43,450 bases of DNA from a virus (taxonomy: Duplodnaviria; Caudoviricetes). The DNA is taken from the IMG/VR virus record IMGVR_UViG_3300032280_000294, positions 1 to 43,450 of that record; one strand, given 5' to 3'. Numbering within the stretch: position 1 is the first letter of the stretch; every line of letters starts with the position of its first letter. Positions 9,585 through 17,548 of the stretch are shown here, piece after piece. Under the pieces are notes generated by a model. It was not told the DNA's origin. It did not search any database and saw only the letters and a program-made list of their open reading frames with translations. A program made the position numbers and the translations under genes.

Positions 9585-10531
9585 TGAACACAAATTTAGT
9601 ATACGTTTTTTTAACCAGTAACTTTAATCAAAAGACATTACCACCAAGTAATGTTTGGAGTTCTACAACTCTGCCTTCATATTGCTTCGATACATTTAAA
9701 TTTAATTCAGCTAAATTTACAACTAGCTATGTTATAGCCGAGAAGAAAGAGATCTTACAATACAAGAATAGTTTCCCAGAAAATACAAAGTTTATTACCG
9801 TTGAAGATAATATATCCAATACAGAAGAGTTTAAAGAAGCTCAAGCTATAATAGATACATTATGGCCAAGACGGTATATGATGGATACGTTTTGGTACAC
9901 TACATTTATACGTGTTTTAGTTTTAGCAATCTTTGTTAAGAAGTATAAATTAGAAAATGTAATTCATATTGAAGCTGATAATTTAATCTTTAGCAAAGAT
10001 ATTGAAAAGGTTTTTAGTATCTTATCAGATGGGGAATTTGCATTCTGTAATGAGGCTCCACATGCATCTGCACCTTCTATTATTGCTTTTAAAGATAGTG
10101 AAGCCGGTTCTAATCTATTAAAGCAGCATATAACACTTTTAAGAAAAGGTGAAAATACATTAAACCCTTACGTAGGTCATTTTAGAAATTATATTACTGA
10201 TATGGCTTTCTTAGATATAATCTATCGTAATAAAAAGAATTATAAGATGCTTCCATGCTTACCCTTCGGTAACCAATCTGAAAATTTTGAAACTCTACAG
10301 ACAGTATTTGATCCTACTTCATATGGTCAATATCTAGGCGGTACAAACAACGGACATGAAAAAGGATTTATAGATCATCGTCATTATGTTGGTCAAGAGT
10401 TAGCTAGTAAAAACATAAACGTAGTTTTTGAAGATAACGCACCGTATCTTTATCTTAAAAATAAAGTACGCATCCCTATTTTTAATCTACACGTACATAA
10501 TAAAAAAAGCATACCGTTGTTTTTATCATGA
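9584..10531 (+). CDS. Putative glycosyltransferase-like protein
   Basis: Likely start ATG 9584 (TAATG overlap). IHIEADNL, DMAFL, FDPTSYGQYLGG, NLHVHNK. Confidence 0.55.
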   Translation: MNTNLVYVFLTSNFNQKTLPPSNVWSSTTLPSYCFDTFKFNSAKFTTSYVIAEKKEILQYKNSFPENTKFITVEDNISNTEEFKEAQAIIDTLWPRRYMMDTFWYTTFIRVLVLAIFVKKYKLENVIHIEADNLIFSKDIEKVFSILSDGEFAFCNEAPHASAPSIIAFKDSEAGSNLLKQHITLLRKGENTLNPYVGHFRNYITDMAFLDIIYRNKKNYKMLPCLPFGNQSENFETLQTVFDPTSYGQYLGGTNNGHEKGFIDHRHYVGQELASKNINVVFEDNAPYLYLKNKVRIPIFNLHVHNKKSIPLFLS

Positions 10532-11322
10532 TAGATGATGATAGTTTCATTATTACTCCGGATAGGTTTTTAAGCCTATCGCATGATTATATTTCTAGAT
10601 ACGGTACAAAGTTTGATTTTGATTCTACTAAAAATATAATTTTTGTTAAACCAGATTTTTTAGATGATTTTGTTACAAGTTATCTACCTAAGATAAACTA
10701 TCCTTTTGTATTAATAACCCACGATTCAGATCATCAGGTTAATGATAACTATATAGCTATTTTAAACCATCCTTATCTAAAACATTGGTTTGGTATGAAT
10801 TGTCACATACTACACGACAAGCTTACACCTATACCAATTGGTATGGCTAATGAAGTTTGGCCTCATGGAGATAAACAAGTTGTATTAAAAGTTATTAACG
10901 AACAGAATGAAAAAAAAAATTTAGTTTATTGTAACTTCGACATTAAAACAAATACTACAGCACGACATCACACTTTATCTGTACTTCAAAATACACCGTT
11001 TATTGATTTTGAATTCAATAGACTAACGTTTGAAGAGTATTTGCGTAAGCTCAGTACATACAAATTTGTTATATCTCCTCCCGGTAATAGTACAGATTGT
11101 CATCGTATATGGGAATCTATTTATGTAGGTACAATACCTATTTGTCTTAAGAGTATTCCTCTAGTAGGGTTTAAAACCTTACCTATATTGTTTATTAATC
11201 AATGGCAGGATATTACTGTAGATTTATTAGAGGAAAAATATAAACTTATTAAGGAGCGCAGTAAAGAAAAATCTGATTTTAATTTTTATAGTCGCTTAAT
11301 CAAAGAAACATCTAATTTATGA
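10528..11322 (+). CDS. Exostosin-like (GT47-like) glycosyltransferase
   Basis: ITHDSD, PIPIG, YKFVISPPGNSTDCHRIWESIYVGTIPI. Confidence 0.78.
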   Translation: MIDDDSFIITPDRFLSLSHDYISRYGTKFDFDSTKNIIFVKPDFLDDFVTSYLPKINYPFVLITHDSDHQVNDNYIAILNHPYLKHWFGMNCHILHDKLTPIPIGMANEVWPHGDKQVVLKVINEQNEKKNLVYCNFDIKTNTTARHHTLSVLQNTPFIDFEFNRLTFEEYLRKLSTYKFVISPPGNSTDCHRIWESIYVGTIPICLKSIPLVGFKTLPILFINQWQDITVDLLEEKYKLIKERSKEKSDFNFYSRLIKETSNL

Positions 11323-12125
11323 AAAAGTACTTTTTAACATGTTCGTATTATTCAAACGACCTCGTAAAAGAAAATCTGTTTAATACATACGGTAAACCAC
11401 AAATTAATAAATTCTGCGAACTGCACAATTTTAAATACATCGATATTAACGAAAAGAATTTTTCTCTTGTTCCGTTATTTGATGGACTGACGGCAACGGA
11501 GAAATCAAACAAGCAGTTTTATAGATGGCATGTAATTAAAACAAATCTCGATCAAGGTATTCTTAAGGACGGAGATATTGTTAACTATATTGATTCAGAC
11601 GTCTTTATTGTAAAACCTGAAGAACCCTTACAGACAAATAAGAGTTTTACATATGCTATCGATTCAGGTAATACTCATTGTACAGGTGTTTTCTCTTTAA
11701 AGATAAATGATTTCACAAGGAGATTAATAAATGGTATCCTCGATAAGGAACGACATAAGAAGCTTATTAAGAAATATATTTTCTGTGAGCATGATTACAA
11801 AGACGAAATTTTCTATTTTAATGATCAGCATGCTTATTATCATTTGGCTGGTATTAAACCTCATAGCTGGACATCGTTTTTTGAATTAGAGAATACAGGC
11901 TTTCATTCTTTGAAAAATGAAGATACTGTTTTTACTCTGGATGAACTTAAAGAAAATGTAGAGATACTTGGACCTGAATGGAACTGTACACATCTTTTAG
12001 AAGAAACAGGTGTTAACGGTGTTCATAACAAATATGACATTGTAAGAACTACAAAAGATAAAGTTATCTATCGTCATTTTGCTGGTGGACAAGAATTCCG
12101 TTTTGCAGAATACGCTAAGAGTTAA
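11319..12125 (+). CDS. Nucleotide-diphospho-sugar transferase (GT34/GT77-like)
   Basis: YIDSDVFI DxD motif, HCTGVF, NDQ, EWN, HFAG. Confidence 0.65.
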   Translation: MKKYFLTCSYYSNDLVKENLFNTYGKPQINKFCELHNFKYIDINEKNFSLVPLFDGLTATEKSNKQFYRWHVIKTNLDQGILKDGDIVNYIDSDVFIVKPEEPLQTNKSFTYAIDSGNTHCTGVFSLKINDFTRRLINGILDKERHKKLIKKYIFCEHDYKDEIFYFNDQHAYYHLAGIKPHSWTSFFELENTGFHSLKNEDTVFTLDELKENVEILGPEWNCTHLLEETGVNGVHNKYDIVRTTKDKVIYRHFAGGQEFRFAEYAKS

Positions 12126-12126
12126 T

Positions 12127-12774
12127 ATGAACCTAACAGATTTTTATAAAAAAATTTACGTTGTACATTATACGCTTTTAGTTGATAGAAAAAGATATCT
12201 CGTACAAAAGTTTAAAGAACTTGGTCTTGAGGATCGAGTAGAGTTCGTCGAAAAGTATCAGGACATATCAGAGTTAGAAGGAGTAACAACCACTTACACC
12301 GCTATTCCAAGAATTATGTGTATTAATCTTGCACATATCTATTGCTACGAAGAACAATTAAAAAATAACTACGATCATATTTTAATACTTGAAGATGATA
12401 CATATCTTGATACATTTGAACCTATTTCATTTTTAAATAAAGTAGCCGAAGAGTTTGTTGAAAATGACGGTGATGTTGCGTTTGTAGGTACTTGCTGTGG
12501 AATGAAGGTTGAAACACCCATACCCGGAAAAACATTATATTATAACCCAGATTATACAACCAGATGTGCTGGTGCATATGTTTTAAACAAACGTTGCGTA
12601 CAAACAATAATTGATACGATCAATCACTATGCTTCTATAGATCATATTTTAAACCCTGTTATAACAGAAAACAAATTACGCTGTTTGTGGTCGTATCCTG
12701 CCTTTGAACAAGGTTCAGAAAACGGAAAATATAAAAGCAACTTATTGCAATATCATCACGAATATCATACATAA
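12127..12774 (+). CDS. Family 25-like glycosyltransferase
   Basis: Likely start ATG 12127. KIYVVHY..LVDRK, LAH, ILILEDD, CAGAYVL, IDH. Confidence 0.8.
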   Translation: MNLTDFYKKIYVVHYTLLVDRKRYLVQKFKELGLEDRVEFVEKYQDISELEGVTTTYTAIPRIMCINLAHIYCYEEQLKNNYDHILILEDDTYLDTFEPISFLNKVAEEFVENDGDVAFVGTCCGMKVETPIPGKTLYYNPDYTTRCAGAYVLNKRCVQTIIDTINHYASIDHILNPVITENKLRCLWSYPAFEQGSENGKYKSNLLQYHHEYHT

Positions 12775-12778
12775 TATT

Positions 12779-13363
12779 ATGATTACCTACCCAACCGTAA
12801 ACGACTTCCCGAAAGCTTTTAATGAAGACATACATCTTCAACAAACTTTCATTGATCTTGTAAAGAAGCACGAACCGGATTTGATCCTTGAAACTGGTAC
12901 TTTCAAGGCCGATACAACAGAGTTTTTTTGCAGCTTTAATTTACCTGTAATTACAACTGAACTTGTTTCAGTGTATTTTGAGGAGTCAAAAATTAAATTA
13001 CAGAATCAAACTAATGTTAAGTTGTTTTTGGGAGATAGTGCTGTTTCTTTACAACAGAATTTTAGTTTAATTCAGGATAAGAAAATTGTAGCGTTTTTAG
13101 ATTCTCATTTTAATAATGATAAAGTTCTAGAAAGAGAATTAGAACTCTTTAAGCATTTAGAAAAGAAGCCTATACTTATTATTCATGATTTCTATGTACC
13201 TGGTACTGATCTTGGATATGATTCTTGGGATGGTCATCGGTACGATTATGTATTTTACAAATCATATTTTGATGGGCTGTATGGAGCTAACGGCTATGTA
13301 CATTCCTATAACAGTGAAGCAACCGGTGCCCGCAGAGGCGTCATTATTGTGGAGCCCGTATAA
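12779..13363 (+). CDS. Class I SAM-dependent methyltransferase (sugar O-methyltransferase-like)
   Basis: Likely start ATG 12779. ILETGTFKADTT, TTEL, LGDS, FLDSH, IHDF. Confidence 0.75.
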   Translation: MITYPTVNDFPKAFNEDIHLQQTFIDLVKKHEPDLILETGTFKADTTEFFCSFNLPVITTELVSVYFEESKIKLQNQTNVKLFLGDSAVSLQQNFSLIQDKKIVAFLDSHFNNDKVLERELELFKHLEKKPILIIHDFYVPGTDLGYDSWDGHRYDYVFYKSYFDGLYGANGYVHSYNSEATGARRGVIIVEPV

Positions 13364-14421
13364 TGAAAGTCTGTATTGTAGGTAACGATTATAAGCAACA
13401 GTTTCCGTTGTTAGAATACGGCGGCATTGAAGCAGCGTTTCAAGATGTTTGTATTGGTACGAACAAATATTTTAAAGATATAAAGTTTTGTGCTTTTGTA
13501 CCGAAAATACTTTTACCTGGTAGTGATGATTATGGTTTTAAAATAATTGAAACCGAAACTGTAGAAACGTCTAAGACAGGTCACCCTGCACATCTATTTG
13601 GTAATGAAGTTCGGGATATAATTAAAAAAGGTAATATCAAACCAGATATTATTTGGTGTTATAGTGCGTGGTCAGTACAAACATTACACGATCTAAACAT
13701 TCCCATAATCTGTACTATTATGGATAGCGGTGGTTGGGAAGATAATAAGTTCTTATACAAAGAGAATATACACTATCGCTTTTCTTCGAAGTATATTTAC
13801 GACCTTGTCTTTAAGGACGCAGACACTAATCCACGTATTAATAATATTAAAAAGCAGAGCTGTTGGTTTATTACAGGTGCTTCTGATGAGGAATATGATT
13901 TTGAAGAGAATAAGAGCGATTATATTCTTTGGACAGCAGGTTTGAACTGGGGTCCAACAGCTAAAGGTTTAGATATCTTTATCAAGTTAGCACGTCTTCG
14001 TACGGATCGTAGCTTTGTTGCATATGGCTCCGGTAACTTAGAGATTGAGAACAGACTTAAAGAACTTAATTGCGAACTAAACAATTTTTATTACGGTGGA
14101 CCTTTACCGAGAGGTTTTATTCATAAGAATGCATTTAGTAAAGCTAAAATGTTTGCTTTCTTAACACAAATACCTGAAGCATTTGGTAGAACAGGTCTTG
14201 AAGCTATTACTAAAGGTACACCAGTACTTGGTTCAACTAAAGGTGCAGTACCTGAACTTTACGGGCCTGCTGGTAAATGTACTGATAGCTTAGAAGAAAT
14301 GTCAAAAATTATTGACATGACTTTTGACACAAAAGAAGTTTTTAATTACGCACAAAAGTTCCATATTAAAAACGAAGTTCAGTTTTTAATTGATAAAAGC
14401 GTAGAAATTATCGGTAAATAA
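13363..14421 (+). CDS. GT-B (family 4-like) glycosyltransferase
   Basis: MKVCIVG, YGGIE, KGLD, EAFGRTGLEAITKGTPVL (EX7E). Confidence 0.88.
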   Translation: MKVCIVGNDYKQQFPLLEYGGIEAAFQDVCIGTNKYFKDIKFCAFVPKILLPGSDDYGFKIIETETVETSKTGHPAHLFGNEVRDIIKKGNIKPDIIWCYSAWSVQTLHDLNIPIICTIMDSGGWEDNKFLYKENIHYRFSSKYIYDLVFKDADTNPRINNIKKQSCWFITGASDEEYDFEENKSDYILWTAGLNWGPTAKGLDIFIKLARLRTDRSFVAYGSGNLEIENRLKELNCELNNFYYGGPLPRGFIHKNAFSKAKMFAFLTQIPEAFGRTGLEAITKGTPVLGSTKGAVPELYGPAGKCTDSLEEMSKIIDMTFDTKEVFNYAQKFHIKNEVQFLIDKSVEIIGK

Positions 14422-14429
14422 TCTATAAT
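14402..14429 (+). promoter_or_regulatory. Sigma70-like promoter for gp46
   Basis: TAGAAA-16 nt-TATAAT, 6 nt before GTG 14436. Confidence 0.55.
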
Positions 14430-14435
14430 AGATTT

Positions 14436-16232
14436 GTGCGAGTAGTCAATTTTAAAAAACTTACTATAAAGAACTTTTTGTCTGTTGGTCAGACACCGGT
14501 TACTATAAACTTTGAGCCTGGAATCAGTGTGATTACAGGTATCAATTACGATAAAGAAGACTCAAAAAACGGTGTTGGTAAATCAACAATTATTGATGCT
14601 CTATACTTTGCGCTTTTTGGTACCACGATTAGAGAGTTAAACAAAGATCTAATTGTAAACTCAATTACGAAAGACAAATGTGAAGTTGAATTAGATTTAC
14701 AACTAACAACAAGTCAAGGAACTAATACGTTTAATATCAAACGCACACTTCAACCAACTAAGTGCTTTATAACTAAAGATGGTGTAGACGTTACGCGTTC
14801 GACATTACCAAAAACGAATGAGTTTATACAAACTTTAATAAATTCATCAGGACCAGTTTTTCAAAATTCGGTCATTATGACCATAAACAACACGGTTCCG
14901 TTTATGGCTCAATCGAAAGTTGAGAAGAGAAAGTTTATTGAAAGCGTACTTAACTTGGAGGTTTTCTCTAAAATGCTTCTCCGTGCAAGAGATGAATATA
15001 ACGAACTAAAAAGAAGTTACGATATTATTTACGCTAAAAAAGAAACACTTGAAAAGCAATATAATTTAAACAATCAACAACTTGAATTGTTTGAGACTAA
15101 TAAGAGAAACAAAATAGAAGATTTAAAGAATAAAATTGCTGTTAATTTAACAACAATTGAATCTTATAAAGAAAAAATTACGAACATACCTGATGATCTT
15201 TATGAGCGTTTAGATGCTAAAGAAAACGATATTGATAATAGAAAAATAATGTTCAATACGGACTACGAAAATGCATCAGCGTCTGTTACTACTACACTTA
15301 CTGAGATAAGATTATTACAAAAACAATTACAAGATATTGAAGAGATTGGAGCTGTATGTACATCTTGTAATAGACCGTACTCTGAAGAAGATCAAAAGCA
15401 TAAAGATTCTGCTAAGAAGAATATTAATAAACAATTAACTAAGCTTAATAAAGATCTCGATAAAAATAAAGATGTAGTAAAAGGTTTCTTAGAGCAAAAG
15501 ACAGACCTTGAAAATGAATCTGCTGATATTCTTAAAAAGAGAAACGCTGTTAACTCTATATTACAAACCAATACCGGTCTGCAAAGTAAAATAGATTTTA
15601 TAAAAGATAACAATTTTACTTTAAACGAATCTGTTATTAGTGCACAGAAAGAAACAAATACTTTATTAGAAGAAGCAGTTAGAGATATAAAAATAGAGTT
15701 AGATGTTTATACAGATGAACTCGATACTATTAATAAAAACTTAAATGTTTTAGATAGTGTTAAATTTGTAGTATCCGAAGAAGGTGTCAAAGCTTATATT
15801 GTTAAAAAGGTTCTTAAATTGCTTAATACTCAGTTAAAGTACTATCTCAATCGACTGCAAACAAATTGCATTTGTGAATTTAATGAGTATTTTGATGAAG
15901 TCATCTACGATGAAAAAGGTGAATTAAAATCATATTTTAACTTCAGTGGAGGTGAAAGAAAGAGGATTGATTTAGCTTGTCTCTTTGCTTTCTTAGACGT
16001 ACGTCGTATGCAAGGAGATATTAACTTCACGACTGTATTCTATGATGAGTTATTAGACTCATCGCTCGATGATAAGGGTGTACAGCTTGTTGTTCATCTC
16101 CTTCGTGAACGTTTTAATAAAAACAATGAGTCATGCTTTATTGTAACCCATAGAGGTAGTGCAATTCTTACAAAAGTCGATAGAACTATTAACCTTGAAA
16201 AAAGAAACGGCTTTACGTATATAGCTTCTTGA
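14436..16232 (+). CDS. 46: Recombination ATPase gp46 (Rad50/SbcC-like)
   Basis: KNFLSVG, NGVGKS, coiled coil with CTSC zinc hook, FSGGE, FYDELLD, VTH. Confidence 0.95.
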   Translation: MRVVNFKKLTIKNFLSVGQTPVTINFEPGISVITGINYDKEDSKNGVGKSTIIDALYFALFGTTIRELNKDLIVNSITKDKCEVELDLQLTTSQGTNTFNIKRTLQPTKCFITKDGVDVTRSTLPKTNEFIQTLINSSGPVFQNSVIMTINNTVPFMAQSKVEKRKFIESVLNLEVFSKMLLRARDEYNELKRSYDIIYAKKETLEKQYNLNNQQLELFETNKRNKIEDLKNKIAVNLTTIESYKEKITNIPDDLYERLDAKENDIDNRKIMFNTDYENASASVTTTLTEIRLLQKQLQDIEEIGAVCTSCNRPYSEEDQKHKDSAKKNINKQLTKLNKDLDKNKDVVKGFLEQKTDLENESADILKKRNAVNSILQTNTGLQSKIDFIKDNNFTLNESVISAQKETNTLLEEAVRDIKIELDVYTDELDTINKNLNVLDSVKFVVSEEGVKAYIVKKVLKLLNTQLKYYLNRLQTNCICEFNEYFDEVIYDEKGELKSYFNFSGGERKRIDLACLFAFLDVRRMQGDINFTTVFYDELLDSSLDDKGVQLVVHLLRERFNKNNESCFIVTHRGSAILTKVDRTINLEKRNGFTYIAS

Positions 16233-16264
16233 TAAAAGCTGTATTAGATTATAAATTATATTTT

Positions 16265-17518
16265 ATGCATCCATTCTCAGTAGTACCCACAGGTTTACAC
16301 TCCACTATAGGCGCCCCAATTGGTCTACCGGTCGGTATACCACAAGTACATAATGTACATCATTCCCCTATACGTGCACCGCTTCCCCCGCCTGAAGTAC
16401 CTGGTCAGGGACTACCCCGAGCTATTAACTACCTTGCTGACTATGGTGGTTGCAGCTTCTATCGATGCATGGCCCCTAACCACATGCTAAACCTTTATCA
16501 GAAGGCCGTAATAACAGAGTTAACGACAATGGTATTAGATCCTCGCTTTTATATGGGAATTTCTTCTGTAAAGGTACAGAGACAGGCAACACCCCATCAA
16601 AGAGAATTTATTAAACAGCTTAAAAACCTATCTAAAGATTTAGGGTTTAGACTTATCTACGAAATCGATGATCTTGTCTTTAGAGAAGATATTCCAGATT
16701 ACAATCGCAATAAGGATGCATTTACATCAGATGAAATCCGTAACAGCATTCTTGATATTATGGGTATGATGGATGAGATTACTGTTACGTGTGATTTCAT
16801 GAGAGATTACTTTATTGACAAAACAGGTAACAAGAACGTCACAGTTGTTCCTAACTATCTACTCAAGTGGTGGTTTGATCGTTACTATAACATAAGCGAT
16901 ATAGCCAAGAAATACGAAAAGAATAAGAGCAAGCCAAAGATTTCTATTTTTGCTTCAGGTACTCACGTTGACGTTGTCAACCGTGTAAATCAAAACGATG
17001 ACTTCGCTGCAGTTATTCAAGCTGTAATAAAGACCCGTAAGCAATTCCGTTGGCAGTTCTACGGTTGCTTCCCGCTACCTTTAAAGCCATTTATTGATAA
17101 TGGAGAGATTGAATTTAAGAACTGGGTACAGCTTCCAGATTTCCCACAAGCTATGGCAGAGTCTGATAGTGTACTTACATTCGCTGCACTACAGGATAAT
17201 AACTTTAATCGTGCTAAGTCTAATATCAAGTTAATAGAAGCGGGAGCTTTGGGTATACCGTGTGTTTGCCCTGATATGGTAACATATAAGGATGCACTGT
17301 TAAAATACAAGACTGGGGATGAGCTTATTGATCAGATCAAGTTTGCCTTGAAGGATCAAGACAAGTACATTAAGCTTTGTAAGCAGTCAAGAACATATTC
17401 TAGTAACTTCTGGCTTGAAGACGAGAAGAACCTTAACAAGCATTTGGAAGTTTATACAACTCCTTTTGGTTCTGATCAAAGAAAGTTCTTGCTGGAAAGT
17501 AATCCAAAAAAGTCTTGA
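16265..17518 (+). CDS. GT-B fold glycosyltransferase between gp46 and DNA polymerase
   Basis: Likely start ATG 16265. ADYGGCSFYR, YEIDD, NNFNRAKSNIKLIEAGALGIP. Pro-rich N-terminus. Confidence 0.8.
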   Translation: MHPFSVVPTGLHSTIGAPIGLPVGIPQVHNVHHSPIRAPLPPPEVPGQGLPRAINYLADYGGCSFYRCMAPNHMLNLYQKAVITELTTMVLDPRFYMGISSVKVQRQATPHQREFIKQLKNLSKDLGFRLIYEIDDLVFREDIPDYNRNKDAFTSDEIRNSILDIMGMMDEITVTCDFMRDYFIDKTGNKNVTVVPNYLLKWWFDRYYNISDIAKKYEKNKSKPKISIFASGTHVDVVNRVNQNDDFAAVIQAVIKTRKQFRWQFYGCFPLPLKPFIDNGEIEFKNWVQLPDFPQAMAESDSVLTFAALQDNNFNRAKSNIKLIEAGALGIPCVCPDMVTYKDALLKYKTGDELIDQIKFALKDQDKYIKLCKQSRTYSSNFWLEDEKNLNKHLEVYTTPFGSDQRKFLLESNPKKS

Positions 17519-17542
17519 TAAGATACAGCAAGCCTATATTAT
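17515..17542 (+). promoter_or_regulatory. Sigma70-like promoter for DNA polymerase
   Basis: TTGATA-16 nt-TATTAT, 6 nt before GTG 17549. Confidence 0.6.
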
Positions 17543-17548
17543 AGAGGC

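Noticed and set aside
5859-14421. Bacterial LPS/capsule locus, chimeric contig or prophage boundary
   Set aside because: The first GT overlaps gp47, the genes are tightly coupled, composition looks like the phage, and there are no wzx/wzy, transporter or integrase genes.
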